A stretch of 64,000 nt of DNA from positions 62,001-126,000 of the forward strand of contig JAPMXV010000075.1 in assembly GCA_026936335.1 (NCBI GenBank), written 5' to 3'. A program made the translations under genes and the position numbers. Below, one piece after another: positions 46,801 through 58,000 of the stretch (positions within the stretch are counted from its first letter, which is position 1; each line of letters opens with the position of its first letter). The notes beneath the pieces were generated by a model, which was given only the letters and a program-made list of their open reading frames with translations, made no database searches and was not told where the DNA came from. The stretch comes from Mantamonas sphyraenae STR306 (Eukaryota > Protista > CRuMs).

Positions 46801-47888
46801 TCCATTTGCGCCGCAATGTGCAACGCCGTGTATCCTCGCACATCCTTCCGTCGCACCGCCTGCTTGTGATTCCTGGCCCGCTGCAACAGCAACTCCACAA
46901 TCTCCACCGCCCCTGCACGTGCCGCCAGATGCAACGGCGTCTCACCCGCCGTGTTGACCACTGTCAATGACGCACCCATGTCCACCAGCACTTGCACGCA
47001 GTCCAGCTCCGGCGTGCCCAGCGACAGCGTGTGCATCAGCGGCGTCCGTCCGTCGCTCCCGCTGATGTCCACGTCCACGTTGGGCGTTTCCACAAGCTCC
47101 GTGAGGATGTCCACGTTGCCCAACTGTGCCGCCTGATGCAATGCACTCATGCCCACAGAGTTGAAAAAGTGCACCCCTGCCCCGTGGCTCAGCACAAGCT
47201 TCACCGCAATGGCGTTTCCGTGCAGCACAGCCGTCTGCAACGGCGAGTTGCCTACATACCTCCCGCAGTTGGCACCCACATTGCAGCCCCGTGTGTGTGA
47301 GTACACACATGCCACCGTGTCATGTGTCAGTGTCAGTGTGTGCATGTGTGTGTGTGTGTGCATCACCGGCCTTCCATGGTCCACTCTGCAAACTGGCCGT
47401 TGTGTGGCGCGCCACACCCCGCCAACCACCCGTTTTCCTCGCCCACTCACCATCGTTGTCCGGCAGCTCCAGATTTGCACCTGCGCCCAGCAGCTGCTTG
47501 AGACACGAGTACCGTCCCAGACGGCAAGCCATGTGTGTGGCCGTCTCTCCGTCCCTGTTGAACGCCGAGATGTTTGCGTTCTTCGCCAGCAACGTGTCCA
47601 GCAGGCTCGTCCTATCTGCAAGCACCACCCTATGGATTAGATTCATCCCATGCACGTCGGGTTGGTCAATATGAATGCCTGCATGTGTGTGCGTGTGTGG
47701 AGGATGGGAAGGCGGTGGTGGGTGGGTGTCAGCTGGGAAAGGTGCGCTGCTGCCGGTGGGTCTGCTGCCTGTGGAATCCACCCACCATAGTTCAGCACAC
47801 TCAAATCAGAATGCGACGAACACTCCTGCACTGCCTCCTCCAATGTATACTCTCGATCTGTGCCAAATGGCGTGAACATTTCCTTCAT
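40845..47888 (-). CDS. Ankyrin-repeat / filamin-repeat / SH3 protein with Glu-rich tail
   Basis: About 8-9 ankyrin repeats (GETPLHLAA, GYTALHIAA), several filamin Ig repeats (GEPIAGSPF, HIQGSPF, HIHGSPF, GDGSYGI), SH3 (VAVRSF..LSYEAGDVFEI..GGWLFG..GKMAKDYLE). Start MKEMFTPF inferred at 47888. Confidence 0.85.
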
Positions 47889-47948
47889 GGTGGTTCGTTT
47901 GCATGCTTCTGCGCCTGCCGGACCCACACAACAACCCCCGGGGAAGGT

Positions 47949-48332
47949 ATGGATCGCATCCACGTCGAAGAACCCATCCAGTCGCTGGGAGTGGACCATG
48001 TGACCCTGGAAGACGGCGAGGCCATGCTCACTGCCTTTCTGGAGCAGCATGGAGGCGCGTTGAGCAAGGACGTCCACGGCCAGCTTCAATTTGTCCAGAA
48101 ACACCTGCAGGGGGACTTTGAAGGCCTCAAGGCCCTCATGAGTGCCGGTCTCTATGCAGACGACGACGACTTTGGTGATGATGCCATGGATGAGGACGAC
48201 CTGGGTGCCAGCGGGGCCCCAAGCAGCAGCTTTGCCGGCTCGCATGCTCCTTCTGCCTCCACCTCCACCGCCGGCCCTACCACCAGGATACAGTTCCAAG
48301 ACAGCGACAGCGACAGCGACGAGAGCGACTAA
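47949..48332 (+). CDS. Small acidic protein, possibly RNA polymerase I A14/Ker1-like
   Basis: 127-aa ORF; HVTLEDGEAMLTAFLEQH...VHGQLQFVQKHLQG two-helix pattern plus acidic tail. Family call is tentative. Confidence 0.35.
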   Translation: MDRIHVEEPIQSLGVDHVTLEDGEAMLTAFLEQHGGALSKDVHGQLQFVQKHLQGDFEGLKALMSAGLYADDDDFGDDAMDEDDLGASGAPSSSFAGSHAPSASTSTAGPTTRIQFQDSDSDSDESD

Positions 48333-48672
48333 GGAGACGCCACATGTGGGCCCAAAGGTCCCATGGGCATCCCTGAAGCGGCAATTCAGGGATGTTGCAA
48401 TTGTCCGCTGTCCTGTCCGTCTCGCCACCCCCGTGCCTCCGTGCCAACCTGCACACCTGCCTCCTTGTTACCTCCCATCCAATCCATTCCCAACATTCAG
48501 GAACAAAGGTGCAACATTTGGAATTCCATGTGTCTCTTTCTTGGCAACCGCCCCCCCCCCCCACAGCCACCCGAAATCCCCCGCCATGTCCTGCTCCTAC
48601 ACCCTTCGTGTGCTCTCCAACTACACCATCTGCCTGGACTCCATTGTGGCCAAGGCAAACAAGGGGGTCACC

Positions 48673-50040
48673 ATGGAACGGGGTCTGCTGGACGACCCGT
48701 TGGACAGCGACCAGGACGACACCAAGGAGGGCAACGGACGAGGGCGTCGCCGACGCAACTGGTGGAAGATTGGCAGGCAGATGGGCCAACTGGAACAGGC
48801 AGCATACACGGCTTTGGACGACGACGACAGCCTGAGTGACGTCGATCGCGCCTACGCCGCCGAGGGCATGAAACTCCACGCCTGTTTTTTTGTGCTTGGC
48901 GTGGCGATTTCCATCACCTGGGGCAGCATCGCCCTGCCCCTGCAGTACTGGACCGGACTCTACGGCGTCGGCATTTGGCCTGTGCTTCTGGCGTGTTACA
49001 ACAGCCCCGGTCTGCCCATCCTCCTCATGCAGCTCACCACAGACGCAAAGTTTGAGCGCAAAGTGGGCACCCAAAGAGCCTACCGCCTGCGTGGCTCCTT
49101 CGAGTTGGGCTTCCTCCTCCTCACCACCATCCTTGTGGCTGTCCTCCAGACGCCCGGTCTCATGGGCGTCGGTGGCATCATTGCTGTGGCCATCATGACT
49201 GGCATTGGCGTGGGTCTTGCCCACGGCCACGTGTTTTCCCTCGCCTCGTTCTTCCCTGCCAAGTGCACCTCCTACACTCTCCTCGGCGCCGGCATGGCCT
49301 CGGTCTTCATCCTCATCATTACCCTCATCCTCCACTTTGACGCCTCCACCACCGACCTCTTTACCATCGACACCTACTTTGCCTACGCGGCCGTCTTTGT
49401 CCTCCTCGGCATGCTCGCCATCCACACCGTCCTTCGCACACGCACAGCCACCCTCCTCCTCACTGCAAAGGACATGCTTGAGGAGGAGGCACAGCAGGAC
49501 ATGGAAATGGTCTCGCACGGCGTCAGCCTGCAACTGTTTTCCGTCGATGCCCTCAAGGTGTGCTGGGTCGAGGCCGTCTCTGTCTTTCTCCTCACCTACG
49601 GCCTCGTCGCCTCCACTGGAGCCGCTGTCCTCATTCCCAGCGACAGCAACAATCCCATGCTCATCACCATTGTCGCCTATAGCTCTGCCGTGGCCGCCTT
49701 TGTCGGCAACGAGCTGAAGATCCTCCTGGGGGATCTCGTACGCTCTCGCGTCGTCCTCTTTGTCCTCTCCCTCCTTCGCTTCCTCGTGTTCCCGCTCCTC
49801 GTCGTGTACAGCAGCCAACGCGAGTTTCTCAGCGACGTTCTCATCATCATTGTCATCATTGTCGGCTCCCTCCTCAACTCGTACCTCACCGCAACCTGCT
49901 ACACCATGGGCTCTGCTGCTGCCTCTGCAGACCAAAAGGGTGCCGTCAGCTCCGTCCTCAACATGATGCTCTACTTGGGCGTCTACATCGGCCTCGCCAC
50001 CAGCTTTGCCCTTGTCGGCGCACCCTCTGGTGGCGGTTGA
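48673..50040 (+). CDS. Equilibrative nucleoside transporter (SLC29/ENT)
   Basis: About 11 TM segments; FFVLGVAISITW, LASFFPAKCTSYTLLGAGMASV, LLRFLVFPLL, LLNSYL, LYLGVYIG. Alternative start at 48586. Confidence 0.85.
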   Translation: MERGLLDDPLDSDQDDTKEGNGRGRRRRNWWKIGRQMGQLEQAAYTALDDDDSLSDVDRAYAAEGMKLHACFFVLGVAISITWGSIALPLQYWTGLYGVGIWPVLLACYNSPGLPILLMQLTTDAKFERKVGTQRAYRLRGSFELGFLLLTTILVAVLQTPGLMGVGGIIAVAIMTGIGVGLAHGHVFSLASFFPAKCTSYTLLGAGMASVFILIITLILHFDASTTDLFTIDTYFAYAAVFVLLGMLAIHTVLRTRTATLLLTAKDMLEEEAQQDMEMVSHGVSLQLFSVDALKVCWVEAVSVFLLTYGLVASTGAAVLIPSDSNNPMLITIVAYSSAVAAFVGNELKILLGDLVRSRVVLFVLSLLRFLVFPLLVVYSSQREFLSDVLIIIVIIVGSLLNSYLTATCYTMGSAAASADQKGAVSSVLNMMLYLGVYIGLATSFALVGAPSGGG

Positions 50041-50218
50041 CGAGAGTCGCTGCGTCGCTGTGTCCACCATAAATCCCACTCCCAAACGTATTGCCACTCC
50101 ACCCCACTTGGGTTGCACGTTGCCCATGCACACACGCGCACACACCCCACCTCCGATCTCTCCAGCTGGCTGACACCTGCTGCCTTGTCGCCCTCTTCCC
50201 TCTCAGACTCAACACCCA

Positions 50219-51898
50219 ATGAGCACCAACGAGACTGATTTGAGCGAAGCCAGCGCCGCCAAGGCGTTTGAGGCCTCCGGCACCGACGGCGAGAAGAAGC
50301 GCGTCGTCCTTGCATACAGGTACGCTGTGCCAGAGGGTCGCTCGTCCGCGGTGGCGGGAAATTGGCGCCAAAACCACACTCTACCCTCTCGCACGCACTC
50401 ACACCATGTGCACACACACAGCGGCGGTCTGGACACAAGCTGCATCCTGTTGTGGCTGATTGAGGCCGGTTTTGAGGTATGTGTGCATCTGCATGGGTGC
50501 AGCGTGTGCGCAAGAAGCGTTGCGTTTTTGTTTTTCGGAGGCTCCACAGCGCTGACACTATCACGCGCGCTTGCGACGCACAGGTTGTCTGCTACACCGC
50601 CAACGTGGGCCAGGAGGAAGACTGGGAAAAGGTGGAGGCCACCGCCAAGGCTGTGGGCGCCAGCAAGGTGTACATCGAAGATCTGCGCGTAAGTTGCTCG
50701 CGAGGCCGATTTCTCGTCGCTTTTTTCGCTCGGGCCACCCCTCACACACGCTGGCACGCTGGCACGCTCAAACGCCCTACAGGAGGACTTTATCCGCGAC
50801 TACATCTACCCGGCCATCAAGTGCAACGCCGTGTACGAGGACGTGTACCTGATGGGCACAGCCCTTGCACGTCCGTGCATCGTCAAGCGCATGGTTGAGA
50901 TCGCCGCGGAGGAGGACTGCCAATACATCAGCCACGGAGCCACGGGCAAGGGCAACGACCAGATCCGCTTTGAGCTGGGTGCCTTTGCACTCAACCCGTC
51001 GCTGCAGGTCATTGCACCGTGGCGCATCCCTGCCTTCTACAACCGCTTCGAAGGCCGCCTGGATCTGCTCAAGTACGCGGATGAGAACAACATTCCCATC
51101 GAGGCGTCGCTGGACAAGCCGTACAGCATCGACAGCAACCTGATGCACACGTCATACGAGAGTGGTGTGTTGGAGAACCCACGCACGCCGCCGCCCAAGG
51201 ACATGTTCCTGCACACGGCCGACCCTGTGGACGCCAAGCAGGAGGCGGACAACATCACCATCGAGTTTGAACAGGGCATCCCCATCAAGATCACCAACAA
51301 CGTGACGGGCGAGGAGACCACAGGTGACCTGGCCATGTTTGAGCTGCTCAACGAGCTCGGCAACGCACACGGCGTCGGCCGCATCGACATTGTCGAGAAC
51401 CGGTTCATTGGCATCAAGAGCCGGGGTGTGTACGAGCAGTCGGGCGGCCACATCCTGCGCACGGCTCACCTGGATCTCGAAGGCGTTGCCATGGATCGCG
51501 AGGTGCGCAAGCTGCGCAACATGATGGCTTCCTTCTTCTCCGAGTACTGCTACCAGGGCCTGTGGTTCAGTCCCGAGATGGACTTTGTCCTCAAGGCCAT
51601 GGACCACTCCCAGCAGTATGTTACGGGCAAGGTCGACCTGCAGATGTACGGCGGTCACGTCACCATCCTCGGTCGCGAGTCCCCGTATTCTCTGTACAAC
51701 GCCGAACTCGCTTCCATGGACGTCGGTGGTGGCTACGACCCGCTCGATGCCGGAGGCTTCATTCGCATCCAGTCGTTGCGTCTGCGCACCTACCGCACCA
51801 TTGCCACCGCCGACCAGGCCAAGGCCCGTGCCGCACAGGACCAATCCGTTGTGCCCAGCCTGTATGCAGACACTGTCGTGAGTCTGCCCACCGAGTGA
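50219..51898 (+). CDS. ASS1: Argininosuccinate synthase
   Basis: VVLAYSGGLDTS (spliced), YLMGTALARPCI, SHGATGKGNDQIRFE, YSIDSNLMHTSYESG, GRIDIVENRFIGIKSRGVYE. Confidence 0.98.
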
Positions 51899-52084
51899 TG
51901 TGCTGCCACACACACACACACATGCGCGTTTGCGACGTCGAGCTGCTGACCTCGCGTCGCTGCCGCTCGCACGCGCACAAGATCAATCTGCCACAAAATG
52001 GAAACCCAAACCATTCCCACACAAAAGGAAGAGCAAGGACATGAAACGGTCAAAACTTCACTTTGATGTCACACTGTGCGGTGC

Positions 52085-55000
52085 TCAGAAGCGGCGACGA
52101 CGACGGCGACGGAACAAGCTGCCAATCTTCTTGCCAGCCTTCTTGAGGCCCTTGCCGATCTTCTTGCCAACCTTCTTGAGGCCCTTGCCAATCTTCTTGA
52201 GACCCTTGCCCAGCCACTTGATCACCTTGCTGTTCTTGAGCCACTTGGCAAACTTCTGCAGATGGGCGCGGAACTTGAGGTAGTACGGCAGTGCCTTGAT
52301 GAGGATGTCCACTGTGGTCTGCCACTTCTTGGGCAGCAGCTTGGTGATGAGCTCCATCACCAGCTTGTCCATACCGGCCTCCTTCATCAGCGCATACATC
52401 TTCTTCGGACTCTTCCACGTGTCGCGGTTCAGCTTCGGCAGCATGTTCAGGAACACATGCAGGGCACCGATGCCCGACTCCACCGCCTTGTCGTTCTTGG
52501 CCAGCTTCGCCTTGAGCTTGTCAAGCGCACGCATGTCCTCACGGTCGTCGCCACGCACGTCCTCCATCGCCTCCTCCTCCTCGTCGTCCTCCTCGTCCTC
52601 ATCCAGACCCTGTTCCTCGTTCACATCCACGTCCTTGTTCTCCTCCAGACCCTGTGCGCGCTCGCGGGCAGCCACGGCCGCCTGGTGCTTGCGACGCTCA
52701 ATGTCCTTCAGAATGATGGCGTGCAGACGCTTGGCCAGCTGCTCCAGCACAGCCTTGTCGTGGTCCGACAGACGCGACTCCATGTCGTCGTTGCTATCGT
52801 CGTCATCCACGGCGCTCATGCTCATGGCCACCAGGGCGCTGCTGCTGCTCTGGGCATCTTCTTCCTCCTCATCCTCAAGGTCCTCCTCATCCTCCTCATC
52901 CTCGTCCATCAACGCATCGGGGTCCACGTCGTCGATCTTGGCCAGGGCTTCGTCGTCGCTGTCCATGCTGTTGAGGTTGACCTGGGTGCCCAGCGAGCGC
53001 AGCTGTGCACGAGCGTGCTCGATGGCGCTGCGCCCGTCCTCGTCCAGGTTTGCGTACAGCTCCTCGGTGGCGTCCACACCGGCGTCAAACACATCGTCGT
53101 CCTTCTTCTCCTCCACCTCCTTTGCCTTGCTTGTGGTCAGCTTGAGCAGCATCTTGCCGTACTTCTTGATCGGGCCGGCAAACTTCTTGTAAAAGGCCAC
53201 AATCTTCTTGGCCTTGTACACCCACTCGCGGATCTTGGGCGGCAGCATGTCCAGCATCAGCTCCGTCAGCTGGCTCTCCACGCCGATGTACTGCACCACA
53301 CGCAACAACTCCTTGGGTTCCTTCCAGTTGATGCTACGCAGCTGCGGCAGCACCTTGAACACCTCGATCATCACCTCCACCGCACCCTCAAACTTGGTGC
53401 CTGCCACCTTGGCCTTGGCCAGCTCCATCAGCTTCTTGCCCGTCTCGCTCGTGGCCACCGCCTTGGCCAGGCGTGCACCGTTGCGAGCCAGCGCCTGCTG
53501 CTCAAAGTGGAATGCCTTTTCGTCCGCCGCACGCTTCTTGGCGTCCTCCTCGATGTCCAGCAGCATCTGCGGCTTGCCTTCGCTGTTGAACAGCTTGTTG
53601 CCAGCCTCGTTTGCTTGCACACCCAGTGCCAGCGCCTTCTTCAGCGTCTCCTTGCTCTCCGACACGCACCATTCCTTCATCTGTGCAAACGCCTGTGCAC
53701 CCAGTTCCTTCTGCGTGCGCACGTTGCGCTCGTGCGAGTTTGCAAGACGCTTGGCGGCCAGCGCCACGCGGTCCAGACCTGCAATCTCCACGCGTTCGCG
53801 CAGCTCCATCGACTTGGCGCGGTTCTCGCAGAACCCGTAGGCAAAGTAGTTGCGCAGGGCCACCAGACGCGCCTTGTTCAGGCTCCAGAACTGAAGAGTG
53901 GCCTGGTTCAGCGCATTCTTCTTCTTCTTGTACGCCTTTTGCGCGTCCTCCAGCTTCTCCTCGGTCAGCTTCAGAGGCTCCACCACCTCGGGCGTGTAGC
54001 GCTCCTTGAACAAACTCAGCGGGATTTCCACAGAGCCTGCCTCGACCGTCTTGCGCACCTCCTCCTTGGAGGCTTCGATCTCCTGCAGGTTCTTCTCGAT
54101 GCCCTCCTGCAGGTCGCTGATCGAGTTGCGCAGCTTTGTGGCTGCCTTTTCGCGCTCCTTGGCAGAGATGGACTTCAGTGCGCTCACTTGCTCCAGGTTC
54201 ACCTCGTTCTCCTTCTTCAGCGTGCGCAGCTTCTCCAGCTCCTCCCGCAGCGGTTTGGTTGCCTCCTTTTCAATCTCGGCAAGCAGCTCCTCCTGGGCAC
54301 GCTGCTTCTCGGCAATTGCAAGCTGCATCGGCGTCATGGCAGGCGTAAACGTCGCACGACGCCTGGTAAACAGCAGGTCTGCGTCGCGGATGTCCTCTTC
54401 GGTCGTGTCCTGCACCTCGTCGTCGTCGTCCTCGTCGTCTTCGTCGTCGGCATCGGCGGTTTCGTCGTCCTCGTCAAAGAACAGGTCGTCGTCGCGCTGC
54501 AGCTCGTCGGCGTCGCTGAGCTCGTCGTCCACGGCGTTGTCCTCAAACGCTTCCATCGGCTCCTCCACGTCGGCGTCGCTGTCGCTGTCGCTTGCAAAGG
54601 CGCGTGCAGGGGCCAGGGCCAGGGGCGCGTTGTCGTTGTCGTTGTCGCTGTCGTTCAGGATGGCAATCTTCTTCTTGAGCTTGAGCTTGCCCTTGAGCAG
54701 GGTCTTTGTCTTGTCAAACAGGGTGTAGTCCTTGTCCAGCAGACTCTTGCCAAACAGCTTGATGGTGACCTTGATCTGGCCACGGATGCCCAGCGCCAGG
54801 TCCCAATCCAAGTAGAACGTGGACGTGGCGCCCGCAGACGCAGCTGCGTTCATCACCAGCTTCAGGTACGGCTCGATGCTAAACTCGGGGCCCGACACGT
54901 CGTAGAGGAGGAAGGCAAGACGCGGCGACAGGTACGCCTCGTAGTCCAGGCTGGCCTTGGCGTCCACCTTCTTGGGCGCGTACACCTTGTTCTTAAACTC

Positions 55001-58000
55001 CTTCTCAAAGATGCCTTTGAACTTGCCGTCGTCGTACTCGACACCCACCGTCATGCCTGCGGACAGCTCGCCGCCCAGCTCCAGGCGGAAGTCGCCTGCC
55101 GCCTTGAGCACAGAGCCAGCCCACAGGGTGGGCTTGATGGAAATCCACACCGGCACAGGACCCAGCATGAACTGCACCTTGGTGCCCTTGAAGTCCAGCA
55201 GCTTCTTCGACTTGTTCTCGTCGATCTCAAACTCCATCACCGCCAGCATGCGCAGCGTGAGGGACACACGGCCGCCCAGGGTGGCGCGGAACAGCTTCAG
55301 CTTGTAGCTGCGGATCTTAAACACCATCTTGAACATAAACTCGATGACGGCCTCGGCCTTTTCCAGACGCAGCAGGATCAGATAGTTGTCCTTCTGGCGT
55401 TTGAACAGGTCGCGGGGCTTGATCTCGGTGCCCACGTCCACTCCCTTTTGGTAGGTGTAGTCGATCTTGCCCATGAGGGCGTTGACCAGCGTGGTGACCA
55501 TTTTGGCCACCTTGGCGATCTCCTCCTTGATCTTGGCCACCACCTTCTTCACAAAGTCCATGATCTGGTCGCTGAGTGCGTTGGCCATGGCCTCAAAGCC
55601 CTTTTCCATCGCGGCCCACACGCCCGTGGCGTACTTGGACACGGCGGCGGCAATCTTGGCGCCAAACTTCTTCATGGCCTTCTTCAGAGCGGCCAATCCC
55701 TTGGACACGGCGCTCTTGATGGCACGACCCAGACGGCTGAAGAAACCGCGGTTGCGTTCGTAGTCTTGCAGCTCCAGCTCGTCGTCCTCGCGTGCGTCGG
55801 CGTCGTCCTGGGCGCGGTACATGCCGTTCTCGTCCTCGTCGTTGAGGGCCAGGGCGTCATTGTCGCCCTCGTCCTCCTCCTCCTCGTCGGCGCTGCTGCT
55901 TCCACGACCCTCTGTGATTTCGCGCATGTGTGCGTGTGCCACGTGGTCGTCGCTTGCAAAGTCGTCGTCCTCCATCTCTGTGTCTGCGCGTGCGTGCAGG
56001 TGGTCGAGGTGGTCCTGGGTGTAGTCCACAAAGGCGTCGTGTGCGTGTGCGGCAACGTCGTCCACAAAGGCAGCCGTCTCGTCACGCACGGCCTGGGACA
56101 CGGATGCGTCTGCAGGCATGTCCTGGACATGCTTGGCCACGGCAAGGGTCGCCTCGCGCTGTGCGGTCTCGCGCACCACCGAGGCGTACTTGCGCACGCG
56201 CTCCATGCGTTCGTTGTTGGCTGCCGTCTTCTTCCACTGGGCAAACATGCGCTCGAGCACGTCGCGGTCGTGTTGCACCGAGGCGTGTGTGCGCATGTCG
56301 GTCACCTCGCCGGTTTCTGCGTCGCGTGCCATGCTGGGGGCGCCCTGCACAGAGGTTTCCACGTCGCCGTCCTTGACAATGTCCAGCAGGCCTGCGTTGT
56401 GGCAGCGCAGCTGCACCGTGTTGGGTTCGTGCGGCAGTGCGTTGACGTGCGACACGCGAAAGAGGCCGTTGGGCACGGAGAAGATGCTGCCCACCTGGAT
56501 GGCGTACTTGTCCACCAGCCACTTGGGCACCTCAAACTCGCCTGCAATGTCGCCCTCGGGCAGGATCTTCTTGATGTCGTCCAGCCACTGCTGTGTGCCC
56601 GGGATGGTTTGTCCGTCGGCGTCGCGCAGTTCCTCGTCGGCAATCAGGCCGCGGTCCAGGGTGCTTGCGCGTGCCATGCGGTGCACACGGTCCATGAGTG
56701 TGGAGCCGTGCATGCCCATGAGGGCCAGCGGATCTTCGTCGTTGATGGCGTTGTGCGGACGACGCACCATCCTGAGGTGCTCGTGGTGCTCGTTGGCAAT
56801 GTGCACAAACTTGTCGTTGACCACCACGTCACCACGCTGGCGCGTGTGTGCAGTGTACTCCTGCTGGTGGCGCAGGGCCTCGCGTGCCTCTTCCGGTTCC
56901 AGCACACGTGCCTTTTCCTCGTTGCTCAGCTCACGTGTGGGCATCAGCGGCGTCTGTGCGTCCTGCAGCTCCTCGCTGTGGGCGTAGTGCGGGTCGGCAA
57001 AGAACGCCTCTTCCGAAACCTCGTTCGGGTCCACACGCTCCACCGTGTAGGCGTCGTTGACCTCATGCGGCAGCTCAAACTGCTCGCGCAGGGTGGCCTG
57101 GTCCAGTGTGGGGCCAGCAGGATGGTCAAACAGACGCTCCTTGGCCATCAGCGTGTGGTACGCACGCATGTTTTCGTCCAAATCGTCCACGTCTTCGTGG
57201 TCGCTGTCGCTGTCGCTCTCGCTGTCGCCATTGTCGCGCTTGGCCTGCTTCAGCGATGCCTTGGCCTCCTTCACCACGGGCTTGGCGGCCTTGTTCACAA
57301 CCGCCTCCGACTCGTGCTTCAGCTTCTGCGTGATCAGAAAGTTCTTGACCATGGTGCGCTGGGTGCTCACGAGCGTCTTGTGCATCGTGCTGAGCAGCTT
57401 GAGCTTCTTGTCCGAATCAATGGTGCCCACGCCACGCACAGCCTCCAGGTTGGCCTTTGTCTTTTCCTCCAGGGCCGCCAGCCGCTCGGCGGCGTGGTGC
57501 ATGTCTTGCACATTGGTGCCCTCGACGGTCTTTTTCATCTCCTCGCGTGCAGCCATGGCCTCTGCCAGCTCGGTGCGCTTGGCATCCACCTTTTTGCTGC
57601 GTTTGCTGGAGCGGCGGCGACGGCGGCGCCAGATGCCGCTGTCCTCGTCTTCCAGGTCTGCCGTGTCGTCGCCGTAGAGGGCGGCGCGTTCGTTGGCGTC
57701 GAGCACCTGCGCCTCCTGAGCGGCCTTGCCGCCTGCGGTAAAGGTGCCCTTGGCCACGACGGCGCTCTTGCTGAACAGCTCGTAGTTCTTGTTGAGGAGC
57801 TTGTTGCCCAGGATGGTCACCTGCACGCCAACGTCACCGCGGCAGCCGACAAGCAGCTCCCAGGTGCTGACCTTGCTTGCGCGAAGCACAGCCTGCACGT
57901 ACGGTTCCACGGAAAAGGTGGGGCCTGCGATGCCGTAGAGCAAAAAGCCCACCACGGGCTTGGCAAACGCCTCAAACGTGACGGTGCCCACGGGCAGCTT

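Noticed and set aside
37858-50145. Long antisense ORFs (37858-40470, 43044-45536, 48277-50145)
   Set aside because: They lie opposite well-supported genes and are explained by GC-rich codon bias.
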